Sequence record: SRR22947727_1198
DNA length: 49,285 bases
Strand: one strand, 5' to 3'
The position numbers and the translations under genes were made by a program. The first letter of the stretch is position 1; each line of letters begins with the position of its first letter. A model generated the notes under the pieces. It saw nothing but the letters and a program-made list of their open reading frames with translations, was not told the DNA's origin and searched no databases. This document shows positions 1 to 10,187 of the stretch, piece by piece.

Positions 1-106
1 AAGAAGGACTATAGGAAACTTAATTTAATACAAATTTAAATAAAGTAATCTAATTTTAAAATACAGCTTTTTAGTTCAAATATTTTTTCACTGTTTCCTC
101 TAATGA

Positions 107-871
107 TTAAAATTGAACTCTTTTGGTATAACCTCCATCAACAACTAAATTTACTCCTGTTATCCAGCTGGCTAAAGAGCTTGATAAGAATACAACAGCT
201 TTGGCAACCTCATCAGGGGTTCCTAATCTTCCAAGTGCATGAGTTTGTTCAGTTTGTTGATAAAAATTTTCCTTCGAAATTTTAATTTTATCCCAAGCTC
301 CGCCATCAAAATGTATGGGTCCAGGGGAAATACTATTAACGCGTATGCCCTTTTCACCGTGAGCTTGAGATAATTGCTTTGCATAGGTAATTAATGCAGC
401 TTTCATTGCATTATAAGACTGCGGGGCTACAAATGTTTCAATAGCCGCTGTTGTACTTATCATAACAATTGATCCACCCTGACTTTGTTCCATATGCGGA
501 ATAACGGCTTCAACACCGCGTACAGTTCCCAGAATATCGATTTCAAAATTTTCCCACCAATTCTTTTCACCGTCCATACCGCCACCTGCTGACACATTAG
601 GAATAAAAATATCCACACCACCTAATTTTTTTGCCATGTCATTTATCCAAAAAATATAGTCTTCTTTATTTTTTATATTACATGCTGAACCAACAATTTT
701 TCCATCAGCAAAAAGACTTATTTCTTTAACAGCTTTATTAACACTATCGGACGAACGAGAACAAATAGCTACATTAGCGCCTTCTTCAGCAAATAAATTT
801 GCAATGCTGCGCCCTATTCCTTTAGTCGACCCAGTAATTAAAACGTTTTTTCCTCGTAAATTAAAATCCAT
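107..871 (-). CDS. SDR family oxidoreductase
   Basis: TGSTKGIG Rossmann motif, YNAMK catalytic YxxxK, C-terminal DGGYTKRVQF; AGGA RBS upstream. Confidence 0.92.
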   Translation of the reverse strand: MDFNLRGKNVLITGSTKGIGRSIANLFAEEGANVAICSRSSDSVNKAVKEISLFADGKIVGSACNIKNKEDYIFWINDMAKKLGGVDIFIPNVSAGGGMDGEKNWWENFEIDILGTVRGVEAVIPHMEQSQGGSIVMISTTAAIETFVAPQSYNAMKAALITYAKQLSQAHGEKGIRVNSISPGPIHFDGGAWDKIKISKENFYQQTEQTHALGRLGTPDEVAKAVVFLSSSLASWITGVNLVVDGGYTKRVQF

Positions 872-880
872 TAGAAGTCC

Positions 881-1645
881 TTAATATGCTGGGCTGGCTA
901 TAAGCCCATTATCAATCAGAAATTCAGCACCTGTTACAAATCGCGATTCATCAGATGCTAAGTATAAAATCATTCTGGCTACATCATTTGGAGTACCGAG
1001 CGATTCAGCTGGTAACACGCCTTGAGCCGGAATATCAACAGGTGCCTCACCAACTCTACCTTGAGCAAACTGAACCATGGGAGTTTCGATGCCACCGGCA
1101 TGAACAGAATTACAACGCACCAATAAAGATTCGGTTTTGCAGTAAATGGCCATAGATTTTGTCATAGATCTTACCGCTCCTTTTGCAGCTGAATATGCAA
1201 TCATAGGGTAACCTAGATGAGACGCGGTTGAAGACATATTAACAATAGAACCTCCACTATATTTTTGCAGCAGGGGCAAAGAATATTTCATACCCAGGAA
1301 AACGCCTTCAGACATAATCCTGTTAGAGATACGAAATTCATTTAAAGTGCAATTAACTGGGTTTGACATAAAAACAATACCAGCATTATTTATCAAAATA
1401 TCAAGGTTTCCATGTAACTCGTCAATTTTATTAACGACGTCAATCCAATCTTGCTCAGAACCAACATCATGTTTTATAAATGAAGCCGATGGACCTATTT
1501 CTAAAGCAGCTGCCTTACCTTTTTCTACATCTATATCAGTAAGAATAACTTTTGCACCCTCTTCGACTAAAACTTTTGCATCTGCAAAACCAAGACCCGA
1601 TGCACCGCCTGTGACTAAAGCAATTTTACCAGCTACTCTTCCCAT
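881..1645 (-). CDS. SDR family oxidoreductase (3beta/17beta-HSD-like)
   Basis: TGGASGLG, NNAG, YSAAK; GGAGG RBS. Confidence 0.92.
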   Translation of the reverse strand: MGRVAGKIALVTGGASGLGFADAKVLVEEGAKVILTDIDVEKGKAAALEIGPSASFIKHDVGSEQDWIDVVNKIDELHGNLDILINNAGIVFMSNPVNCTLNEFRISNRIMSEGVFLGMKYSLPLLQKYSGGSIVNMSSTASHLGYPMIAYSAAKGAVRSMTKSMAIYCKTESLLVRCNSVHAGGIETPMVQFAQGRVGEAPVDIPAQGVLPAESLGTPNDVARMILYLASDESRFVTGAEFLIDNGLIASPAY

Positions 1646-1734
1646 AACATCCCTCCAAAAATTCGTAATAAAACGTTTAAACCTATATCTTAATTTTTAT
1701 ACCTGCATTTTTATTGCTTTATGAAAATAAGTTA

Positions 1735-1754
1735 TACTATTATTTTTAAGGGCT
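1735..1754. promoter_or_regulatory. lux-box-like 20-mer (weak)
   Basis: Minus strand AGCCCTTAAAAATAATAGTA, CC-N12-AG geometry, in a divergent intergenic region. Confidence 0.35.
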
Positions 1755-1940
1755 TATGCATGAGAAGCAAGACTTTAACAGAAAAAGCTGGAGGAAGTTC
1801 TTGACTAAGATACAGAATTGATACCAATTGTAGGTGGTAGTTATATCTCAAACAAGTTCAGAGGCCGTATCGGTTTAAAAGCATAAATTTTGGTATTTTC
1901 ATAAAACACTAGATCATTATATAAATCAGGAAAATAAATT

Positions 1941-2906
1941 ATGTCTTCAAAAAGTCTTCACTTAGTTGCTAAAGACCTAATACCGTTGGTTGCTTCAATA
2001 CAAGAGATGAATTTAAAACTCGAAAACCGGCTTACCCTGGATGAATACAGAGAAGTAGTGAAGAGTCTTTCTTTACTAAAGCCAGAAGTACCAAATAATG
2101 TAATACGAACTGAAATCGACATCAAATTAAGAGATGGCAGCACCTCTAGAGCAATTTTATATAGAAATAATGAATCGCAGCACCCAAACGCATCAGCGGG
2201 ATTGATGCATATCCACGGAGGCGGTCTTGTAATGGGAATGCCTGAAAGTAATGACTCAAGACACCTAAATTTGTGTTCAAAATTAGGTGTAACAATTCTT
2301 GCAATAAGTTATAGAAAAGCTCCAGAGCACCCCTATCCTACTCCTTTAAACGATTGCCAAGATAGCTTTGACTGGTTTCACGAAAATGCTAATAAACTAG
2401 GAATTATAAGTGAAAAAATAGCCTTAAGCGGTGATAGTGCTGGTGGATGCCTTGCAGCTGCACTTTCGCAACTAAAGTTAACCGATAAAACAAATAAAAT
2501 AGCACACTTACTTCTACTATACCCAATGCTTGATGCCAAAACAGGAACTGAAGTAAATAAAAAAGACCCACTCTTGGGTGAGTTCATTTGGACCGCAGAG
2601 ATGAACCAGTTTAGTTGGTCAGCATATTTAAATGGTCAACCTTATACCTCACCAGCTGTACCTGCAGCATTAAAATCTTACACAGGGCTACCCTCTTGCT
2701 GGATAGGAGTAGGCGCCTTAGATTTATTTTTAGATGAAAATATTGAATATGTACGAAAATTGATAAAAGCTGGCGTAAAAACAGAATTTGATATTTATCC
2801 TGCGGCAGTCCATGGCTTCCCTATGATAGAAGAGGCTCAATCAACCATAGATTTTATTAAGGATTTTTCAAATAGCTTAATTAAAGCTTTAAACCTAACT
2901 CAATAG
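1941..2906 (+). CDS. HSL-family alpha/beta hydrolase (esterase/lactonase)
   Basis: HGGG oxyanion motif, GDSAG nucleophile elbow, candidate Asp (ALDLF) and His (AVHGF). Confidence 0.92.
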   Translation: MSSKSLHLVAKDLIPLVASIQEMNLKLENRLTLDEYREVVKSLSLLKPEVPNNVIRTEIDIKLRDGSTSRAILYRNNESQHPNASAGLMHIHGGGLVMGMPESNDSRHLNLCSKLGVTILAISYRKAPEHPYPTPLNDCQDSFDWFHENANKLGIISEKIALSGDSAGGCLAAALSQLKLTDKTNKIAHLLLLYPMLDAKTGTEVNKKDPLLGEFIWTAEMNQFSWSAYLNGQPYTSPAVPAALKSYTGLPSCWIGVGALDLFLDENIEYVRKLIKAGVKTEFDIYPAAVHGFPMIEEAQSTIDFIKDFSNSLIKALNLTQ

Positions 2907-2923
2907 TAATATTACATTATATT

Positions 2924-3787
2924 TTAAAAGTAAGGCCGTAAAACACTCTCTAAAGCATCTGTGATTGAATACATATATTCGTATTTTGGATGATAAGGAA
3001 GCGTAAGCATACTCCAGTCAGCACTAGCATAAGCTCTTATCCACGGCTTTTCAGAGCAGACATTATGATCCTCAGTAATTTCAGAAGCTTTGATTAATAG
3101 AGTGCTGTTTTTAAAAGATACGCGTTCTAATATATCTTCTATTTGTCCTTTGATGTAATTTGACTCAATTGCATACTTTTCATCCATAGGAGTAAGGGCA
3201 CATAAAGATGTTAATGGTAAAACAGTTGCATAATCTATTAATACAATGACTGCTTCGGGAGCTTTTTCCTTAATTTTATTAATAATTATATTTAAGTGAT
3301 ATTCAGTATTTTTATAATCAGCTTTATTCGGAAACTCTGGCATTTCTAGGCAGGGTATTGTTTTATGGACTTTACCTTGTCTTTCCAGTGCCTCACAAGA
3401 AGCAGTCATTAATCTTGCTAAATAACCTAAATCATTTCCTCCAGCTAGAAGTGTAACTAAGCCTACATCTGATTCTATGTTTTCCATTTGGGAATATATA
3501 CTTATTGCACTACTTTTATCTGATAATTCAGCTCCTATACAACTCGCATCAATAAGATCTAAGTTAAGTCTCTTAGCTAATTGCCGTGCATAATTTTGAT
3601 CTGATTGCCAACAATTATAAGGAGAGTCTTCTGCTAAATCTTTAACACCAGGGCCAGCTGCAAAAGAGCTCCCCAATGATATATACTTAACTCTATTATT
3701 CTCATTTTTATCACTATATGAAGTATTTAAACGACAAGAAGATAAAATAAACAAGATCGAAATTAGCGATAATAAGTATTTATACAT
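2924..3787 (-). CDS. SGNH/GDSL hydrolase lipoprotein (SEST-like)
   Basis: Lipobox LSSC; block I GSSFAAGPG, block III GGND, C-terminal YHP; several Cys. Confidence 0.85.
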   Translation of the reverse strand: MYKYLLSLISILFILSSCRLNTSYSDKNENNRVKYISLGSSFAAGPGVKDLAEDSPYNCWQSDQNYARQLAKRLNLDLIDASCIGAELSDKSSAISIYSQMENIESDVGLVTLLAGGNDLGYLARLMTASCEALERQGKVHKTIPCLEMPEFPNKADYKNTEYHLNIIINKIKEKAPEAVIVLIDYATVLPLTSLCALTPMDEKYAIESNYIKGQIEDILERVSFKNSTLLIKASEITEDHNVCSEKPWIRAYASADWSMLTLPYHPKYEYMYSITDALESVLRPYF

Positions 3788-3800
3788 TACATTTTTTCAT

Positions 3801-3833
3801 AAAAAAAGCGCCCAAGGGTTACCTGGGCGCTTT
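3801..3833 (-). terminator. Rho-independent terminator downstream of the TonB-dependent receptor
   Basis: Stem AAAGCGCCCA (3805-3814)/TGGGCGCTTT (3824-3833) ending in a T7 tract on the minus strand. Confidence 0.85.
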
Positions 3834-3851
3834 ATAATTATTCAAAGGCGC

Positions 3852-6062
3852 TTAGAAAGAGTAACCTAATGTAACACCAACTTCACGCCCTGCCACTAGC
3901 TCTTGCCATGCAAACGCACCTGCATCAAAGGCTCTTGAAACACGACCATCATTGTCTAGAATATCTGTTCCATAAACAACAAGCTTTAGTTTATTTCCTG
4001 TATCCATTTCTTTGATATAAGTCATAGATAAATCGAACTGCGTATGAGCTTCAATGGTAATATCAGGGCCAGTTTGGAAACTGTAAGACTCAAAGCCTGC
4101 ATTACCAAATTGCTCGCCGCGATGGCTAAGTGTACCACTAAAGGTTAAATCACCACCAAAACTAGCAGAATTGTGCTCTACTGTAAGGCTTCCCATTTCG
4201 CTAGGCGCATAAATGATCTTAGCGTCGTCAGCAATATCACGGCCATCAAAAAGATACTCATCAAAATCAGCATCCAGGATGGAGAATGAACCTCTAAATG
4301 TTAGCGCATCTGTTGGCGTCCAAACACTTTCGATCTCAATACCGTCATTGCTTGTTTTGGCAGCATTTCTAACAAAGGTACAAGTTGCTGTGTTTGCTAA
4401 TCCGCATTCTGTTCCATTCGTAACAACAAATTGCTGTTTATCATCATAATTTGACATAAATGCAGTAACGTTCAGTTGTAAGTTATCGGATGGGCGTGAA
4501 CGTAAACCAAGCTCAAAGTTCTCAACTGTTTCTGAATCGTAAGGACCCGCTGTTAAAGGGTCGCTACCACGGTTGTTGAAACCACCACTTCGGTAACCTG
4601 TTGAATAAGAAGCATAAACCATACCACCATCAAACTTGCGCTTAGCAGAAAGCCTGTAGGATAGATTATCATCACTATACTCTGGCGTTAGATTCAAAAC
4701 ACCAGCAGCATTAGCCACCCTATCAGAACTACTTGCATAACGTGTCAAATCTAATTCTTTTGACTCATCCGTGTATCTTGCACCTGCTGATATTGACCAG
4801 TTTTCATCGATATCATAAGTGGCCTCACCAAATAAAGCTGTCGCTTCAGCCTCTTGAAGGGTTGTGAAGTTTGAAACAGGCCCAGAAGTTAAGTAAGAGT
4901 CTGTGGATAAATAGTATAATCCAGCAACAAAATTAAGCGGACCATCTAAGTCAGAAATAAACTGCATTTCATGGGATGTTTGTTTATACTCTTGCTCTCT
5001 AGTAACCTCAAACAATGGAGTTGGTGCTCCCCATGAATTAAAATAAGCATACTCTTCAAATTCCATGTGCCCAAATATATACTTCAGAGCAAATTTATCT
5101 TCAGTATGGTCAACATTTAATGTAATGTTATCCCCTTCAATTGTGCTTACTATCTGTTCACTTGCATTAGAAACACGATTACCGCCAGCTCTAGAAATCG
5201 CACCAGAGTCGGCATCACAACCTATTGTAAAGAAAGCACAGAAAATACTGTCACCCGTACCAGTTGCTATTACGTCAGCAGGTTGAGTGTTGTGATCGTA
5301 CCAATCATACGAAAGAGTAGCAGTAGTTTTGTCCGTAAAGTCATATTTTAGTGCAGCTGATGCTGTTTGACTATCTCTCATTTTTGGACGCTCATTATTA
5401 GTCACGTTAAAGAGATGTGAGTCTTGCTGTAGATTACGATAGCTAAGTTTTAAACCACCATTTTCACCTAAAGGCATATTTACTAAACCTTTAAGGTCAA
5501 TACGGTCATGGCTAGCATAAGTACCTTCAACCTTACCTCCGAACTCACCTGTGGGGGCTGTTCGTTTTATGTTAATAACACCCGCAATTGTGTTACGACC
5601 GTATAATGTACCCTGAGGACCGCGAAGAACTTCAACGCTCTCTATATCAAAAAAGTCTACAACAGCACCACTGTTAGATGCCATAAACACACCATCCACT
5701 GAAACACCCACAGTAGGTTCAAATGTTTTTTCTAAATCATCAAAACCAATACCTCTGATAGAAGCTCCAAGTGCAGCACCTGATTGAGTAACTGTATGTA
5801 ATTCAACATTTGGAATGTGCTTTGCAACATCGAGAATTGTTTGAACAGAACCGCGCTCAAGCTGTCCTTGACTTAGTGCAGAAACTGCTACCGGAACATC
5901 TTGTAATGATTCAGTTCTTTTTCTTGCTGTTACGACTATTTCATCAAGTCTACCAGCTGTCTCAGTTGTTTCTTGTGCGTACACCCCAGTACCCATTCCT
6001 GCTAAAGGTAGTGCAGATGCAAGTAAAAGAGCTTTTGCGCTTTTGTTAATATTAAAATTCAT
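3852..6062 (-). CDS. TonB-dependent outer-membrane receptor
   Basis: Signal peptide, EIVVTARKR TonB-box region, plug motif VEVLRGPQGTLYGRN, C-terminal Phe. Confidence 0.96.
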   Translation of the reverse strand: MNFNINKSAKALLLASALPLAGMGTGVYAQETTETAGRLDEIVVTARKRTESLQDVPVAVSALSQGQLERGSVQTILDVAKHIPNVELHTVTQSGAALGASIRGIGFDDLEKTFEPTVGVSVDGVFMASNSGAVVDFFDIESVEVLRGPQGTLYGRNTIAGVINIKRTAPTGEFGGKVEGTYASHDRIDLKGLVNMPLGENGGLKLSYRNLQQDSHLFNVTNNERPKMRDSQTASAALKYDFTDKTTATLSYDWYDHNTQPADVIATGTGDSIFCAFFTIGCDADSGAISRAGGNRVSNASEQIVSTIEGDNITLNVDHTEDKFALKYIFGHMEFEEYAYFNSWGAPTPLFEVTREQEYKQTSHEMQFISDLDGPLNFVAGLYYLSTDSYLTSGPVSNFTTLQEAEATALFGEATYDIDENWSISAGARYTDESKELDLTRYASSSDRVANAAGVLNLTPEYSDDNLSYRLSAKRKFDGGMVYASYSTGYRSGGFNNRGSDPLTAGPYDSETVENFELGLRSRPSDNLQLNVTAFMSNYDDKQQFVVTNGTECGLANTATCTFVRNAAKTSNDGIEIESVWTPTDALTFRGSFSILDADFDEYLFDGRDIADDAKIIYAPSEMGSLTVEHNSASFGGDLTFSGTLSHRGEQFGNAGFESYSFQTGPDITIEAHTQFDLSMTYIKEMDTGNKLKLVVYGTDILDNDGRVSRAFDAGAFAWQELVAGREVGVTLGYSF

Positions 6063-6084
6063 TTTTATAGACTCCCCTGATAAT

Positions 6085-6099
6085 ATTACATAATGTAAT
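6085..6099. promoter_or_regulatory. Perfect 7-1-7 palindrome, candidate repressor operator over the receptor -10 region
   Basis: ATTACAT-A-ATGTAAT, 23-37 bp upstream of the receptor ATG. Confidence 0.35.
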
Positions 6100-6121
6100 C
6101 AACCCAAGTGACTCTGGTAAC

Positions 6122-6141
6122 AACTGACTTTTTAGATAGTA
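6122..6141. promoter_or_regulatory. lux-box-like 20-mer upstream of the TonB-dependent receptor
   Basis: AACTGACTTTTTAGATAGTA = NN-CT-N12-AG-NN; minus-strand reading closely resembles the box at 12735. Confidence 0.55.
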
Positions 6142-6218
6142 ATCAAAAATTAGAAAATTCTATGGCTAAAAAGTCACATTAGGCTATTGTGAAATTAATT
6201 GTTTCCAGTAAGCAGAAT

Positions 6219-8105
6219 TTAATTCCTAGATGAGAATACCAATAAAGCATTGCCAGGCATCATAGATCCGAATGAATAACCAGAGTTCACTATAACGTGA
6301 CCATCATAAATAACAGGCCCATCCGACTCAATTGCCCCACCTTTAGCGATTTCACCGTTTACGGAGACAAATGCCTTATTTGTATTAAAATCCCAAATAA
6401 TATCACCATTTGAGGAATCATAAGCACGCAAGTGTCCATCAAAAGCACCCGCAAATACAACATCTTTTGTTACTGTTACAGCTGCCGATAATCCAGGATC
6501 ACATGCAGGTTCATCTTTTTCTTTGCAAACATTTACAGCCGCGGAAGCCCAAATAGTCTCGCCAGTTTCAGGGTCTAGTGCATAGAGACCAGCCCGACTT
6601 AGAGCTATATCAGCTTCACTGTAAGCTGTATCAGCGATCGGTGCAAAAATAGCCTTATTGTTTGAAGCAATTCCCCAATGAACACCTCCGCTAAATCCCC
6701 CTCTTCCCATTTTCTCACGCCACAACAAAGCACCCTTATTATCTGGGTCTAAAGCAAATACATCTCCAGATTTTTGACCAACCGCAATAATCTCTTTTCC
6801 GCTTTCAGTTTTTATCAAAATAGGAGGAGCTCCAATATCTAAATCAGGCCCATTTTCTTCAGGACAATTTGGTCCGCCACCAATAAAGCAAGCCATATTC
6901 CATGCATCGCCGCTCAAAGCTTGATAATGCCACTTAATTTCTCCATCATCTAAACCAATTGCAAGAACAGAGTCACTTGTTGATACTGCTGGCGAGGTAT
7001 ATGACTCCCCTGTACCGACATAAAGGACGCCTCGTTTTTCATCAATAGTGGGACTATTCCAAATCGGTACTCCGGCCGGATGAAAACGGCGTGCTCCCAT
7101 TTCATTATAAGTACCTGTGAATTTAGCTTTTTCCGCAATGGTATGAGTAGTCCATTTGGTATCGCCGTTGTTAATGTCCAGCTTAACAACTCCGCCTTGA
7201 AATGTGCAACATTCATATCCTGGATCTGCTGCAGAAGCCCACTCTTTAGAAGAGAGCGGCACATAAAGAAATTCTTTGTATAACCTCGGCGATCCAGTCA
7301 GGGTAACGTCAGGATGTTCACTTACAGATTTGCGCCAGATTAACTCACCAGTCAAAGCATCTATTGAATAAACATTTCCCTTTATATCACCAAAAAGAGC
7401 AACTGTTTTACCCATGCTCTCTGCTATATTAACTGCATTTCTGACTTCAGCATCAGCCTGAAAAGTCCATGTTGCGCAGCCAGTGTCAAAATCAAGAGCG
7501 AAAACACGACCATCTTGTCCTCCAACCAAAATATGGTTAGCAAAAATTACTGGCTGACTTCTAGCTCTCGAAGCATCTGGGTATGCAAAAGCCCACTTTA
7601 ATGATAAATTCTCAACATCTTCTTTAGGTAGTTTAGCTATTTTTTCAGAAATATAGCGCGATCCATCTAACTTTAATCCCCATCCCTCAAAGACAGATTT
7701 TTTTTCCTTCGTATTGATCATGTTGGTGCTACACATTTTTACAGGTTTAGAGCTTTTGCGTGACCCTGCTAAATACATTGATAGACTGTCAATTTCATTT
7801 TCCGTAAGATGCGCAGCTTGCTGTTTCATAACACCAGACATAAGTGCCTGCTTTATATAGTCTGTATTATATAATTGAAATTCAATTAAATGAGGCGCTT
7901 TTGGAACTCCACCTAAATGACAACTGGAACAATTTTCGTTAAATAATGTTTCCCCGTCAATAGGTACCGTTTCCTCAGTGAAAGCTAAAGCTACATCTGT
8001 TTTAGATAGAACATTTGGCTCACTAGGCTGACATCCAAATAAAATAGAAATTATCAAAATGAAAAAAAATTTAAATAAACTAGGATACATATTTATAATA
8101 CTCAA
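6219..8105 (-). CDS. Quinohemoprotein (cytochrome c + PQQ) dehydrogenase, polyvinyl-alcohol-dehydrogenase-like lipoprotein
   Basis: Lipobox LFGC, N-terminal CSSCH heme motif, PQQ beta-propeller Trp-docking repeats, vicinal Cys YECC. Confidence 0.88.
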   Translation of the reverse strand: MSIINMYPSLFKFFFILIISILFGCQPSEPNVLSKTDVALAFTEETVPIDGETLFNENCSSCHLGGVPKAPHLIEFQLYNTDYIKQALMSGVMKQQAAHLTENEIDSLSMYLAGSRKSSKPVKMCSTNMINTKEKKSVFEGWGLKLDGSRYISEKIAKLPKEDVENLSLKWAFAYPDASRARSQPVIFANHILVGGQDGRVFALDFDTGCATWTFQADAEVRNAVNIAESMGKTVALFGDIKGNVYSIDALTGELIWRKSVSEHPDVTLTGSPRLYKEFLYVPLSSKEWASAADPGYECCTFQGGVVKLDINNGDTKWTTHTIAEKAKFTGTYNEMGARRFHPAGVPIWNSPTIDEKRGVLYVGTGESYTSPAVSTSDSVLAIGLDDGEIKWHYQALSGDAWNMACFIGGGPNCPEENGPDLDIGAPPILIKTESGKEIIAVGQKSGDVFALDPDNKGALLWREKMGRGGFSGGVHWGIASNNKAIFAPIADTAYSEADIALSRAGLYALDPETGETIWASAAVNVCKEKDEPACDPGLSAAVTVTKDVVFAGAFDGHLRAYDSSNGDIIWDFNTNKAFVSVNGEIAKGGAIESDGPVIYDGHVIVNSGYSFGSMMPGNALLVFSSRN

Positions 8106-8110
8106 TTAAA

Positions 8111-9133
8111 CTATATTTTACTTTTATAATTTGAAATTTTTCTGACTTCGGCAACAATTCTTTCAACAGAAGGAACATAAGCCGCTTCCAAATTAGGAGC
8201 AGCTGGCACGGGAGTGTGCGGCGCAGTAATTTTAGAAATTGGAGCCTTCAATGAAGAAAAAGCTTCCGATGCTGCGATGCTCGCTATTTCTGATGCATAT
8301 GAGCATATAGGCGTTGATTCATCCACCACAGCAAGTCTGCCAGTTTTTTCTATACTATCTAATACTGTATCCATATCAAAAGGCGAAAGAGTTCTTGGGT
8401 CAATAACCTCAATAGAGATGCCCTCTTTTGATAGTATTTTAGCTGCTTTCTCGGCAAGAAGGGCCATCCTTCCTATCCCTACAACAGTTACATCATTACC
8501 CTCACAAACAACTCTAGCTTTGCCAAATTCTATTGTATATGCCCCATCAGGAACTTCTCCTTCCTCAGCAAAAAGCATTTTATGCTCACAAAAAATTACT
8601 GGGTCATTATCTCGTATAGCCTGTATCAATAAACCTTTAGCATCATATGGCGTGGTAGGCACCACAACCTTTAATCCTGGGATATGCGCAAATATTGGAT
8701 AAACGGCTTGTGAATGCTGCGGCCCAGCACCAACTCCAGCACCAATCATAGTTCTGATAACCATTGGAGCTCCTTTTTGATTACCGAACATATAACGAAA
8801 CTTAGCAGCTTGATTATAAATTTGATCAAAACAAACTCCAAAAAAATCTGCAAACATGAGCTCTGCTATTGGCCGTAAACCAGTAAGAGAAGCACCAGCA
8901 GCAGCGCCCATAATTGCAGATTCTGAAATTGGCGTATCAATAATTCTCTCCGCGCCAAATTCAGTGTATAATCCTGCAGTAAGGCCCATAACGCCTCCAG
9001 ATTTTTCTCCTTCACCTCCTGACCCCCCCCGGCCACCAGCAACATCTTCTCCTAATAAAATAACATTAGAGTCCAATCGCATTTCAACTCGCATGGCATC
9101 GGTAATAGCTTCACGTAAAGTCATTTTTGTCAT
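8111..9133 (-). CDS. acoB: TPP-dependent dehydrogenase E1 beta subunit (acetoin dehydrogenase-like)
   Basis: GEDV, DTPISE, QHSQ and DPVIFCEHK motifs. Confidence 0.85.
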   Translation of the reverse strand: MTKMTLREAITDAMRVEMRLDSNVILLGEDVAGGRGGSGGEGEKSGGVMGLTAGLYTEFGAERIIDTPISESAIMGAAAGASLTGLRPIAELMFADFFGVCFDQIYNQAAKFRYMFGNQKGAPMVIRTMIGAGVGAGPQHSQAVYPIFAHIPGLKVVVPTTPYDAKGLLIQAIRDNDPVIFCEHKMLFAEEGEVPDGAYTIEFGKARVVCEGNDVTVVGIGRMALLAEKAAKILSKEGISIEVIDPRTLSPFDMDTVLDSIEKTGRLAVVDESTPICSYASEIASIAASEAFSSLKAPISKITAPHTPVPAAPNLEAAYVPSVERIVAEVRKISNYKSKI

Positions 9134-9144
9134 TTCAAACTACC

Positions 9145-10113
9145 TCAATAACTATCGTAAACATTTTCAACTAAGGATGATAAAGGTGGCATTGGAGAAA
9201 TAAGCGCTAATTTTATTGCATCATTAATTTCAATTTCAATCAATGAGTTAATTTCTTCAAATTCAATCTCCTTCATAAGTTCTTTTTCAAGTACTTTGTG
9301 TTTGAATATCTCTAATGGGTCCTTATTAGCTTTTATTTCCTTAACCTCAGTTTTACTTCTATAAGCTTGCGGATCACCTTCATAATGGCCATACCAACGC
9401 AATGCCTCGCATTCTATACTAGTAGGCCCTTCACCTGATCTTGCACGTTCAACTGCTTCTCTCATAGCATCATGAACTGCAAAAAAATCTGTGCCATCAA
9501 CCTTAACAGCAGGCATACCAAAACCACTAGATCTAGTGGTTATATCGACTGCTCCGCAATGATAATCTATACCCGTAAATTCAGCATAACCATTATTTTC
9601 ATATATAAATATAACTGGAAGCTTTAAAACAACTGCAAGATTCATTGCTTCAAACACAGTGCCTTGATTAGAGGCACCATCACCTATGAATGCAACTGCA
9701 ACAGCATTATTTTTTAAAGTTTTTGCAGCTAAAGCAGCCCCCACTGCAAGTGGCGGCGAACCTCCAACTATTGCATTTGCTCCCAACATGCCTTTCGACA
9801 AATCAGCAATATGCATTGAACCACCTTTTCCCTTACAAAGACCGCCCTCCCTGCAATATATTTCGAGGGCCATTTCTTTTACATCACAACCCTTTGCAAT
9901 GCAGTGACCATGGCCTCTATGGGTGCTTCCTATGTTGTCCGTATCACTTAAATGCATACATACGCCAGTAGCTATTGCCTCTTGACCACAATATAAATGC
10001 ACAAAACCTGGCATCTCCCCTTTTTGAAATTCTGTTCGCATTCGTTCTTCGAACACGCGTATTCTTTTCATAGTTGTGTATGCTTCACGTAAATCATCTC
10101 TACTTAGCTGCAT
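9145..10113 (-). CDS. acoA: TPP-dependent dehydrogenase E1 alpha subunit (acetoin dehydrogenase-like)
   Basis: STHRGHGH, GKGGSMH, TPP motif GDGA...ENN; start moved to the ATG at 10113, which has a GGAGGA RBS. Confidence 0.85.
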   Translation of the reverse strand: MQLSRDDLREAYTTMKRIRVFEERMRTEFQKGEMPGFVHLYCGQEAIATGVCMHLSDTDNIGSTHRGHGHCIAKGCDVKEMALEIYCREGGLCKGKGGSMHIADLSKGMLGANAIVGGSPPLAVGAALAAKTLKNNAVAVAFIGDGASNQGTVFEAMNLAVVLKLPVIFIYENNGYAEFTGIDYHCGAVDITTRSSGFGMPAVKVDGTDFFAVHDAMREAVERARSGEGPTSIECEALRWYGHYEGDPQAYRSKTEVKEIKANKDPLEIFKHKVLEKELMKEIEFEEINSLIEIEINDAIKLALISPMPPLSSLVENVYDSY

Positions 10114-10157
10114 ATTTCCTCCCCACATAACGATTAATGCTATCGCTCATAGATTAT

Positions 10158-10177
10158 AGCTCTCTAAATTATCAGGT
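10158..10177. promoter_or_regulatory. lux-box-like 20-mer upstream of acoA
   Basis: AGCTCTCTAAATTATCAGGT (CT-N12-AG) in a 74-bp intergenic gap. Confidence 0.5.
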
Positions 10178-10187
10178 TTATTTTGAG

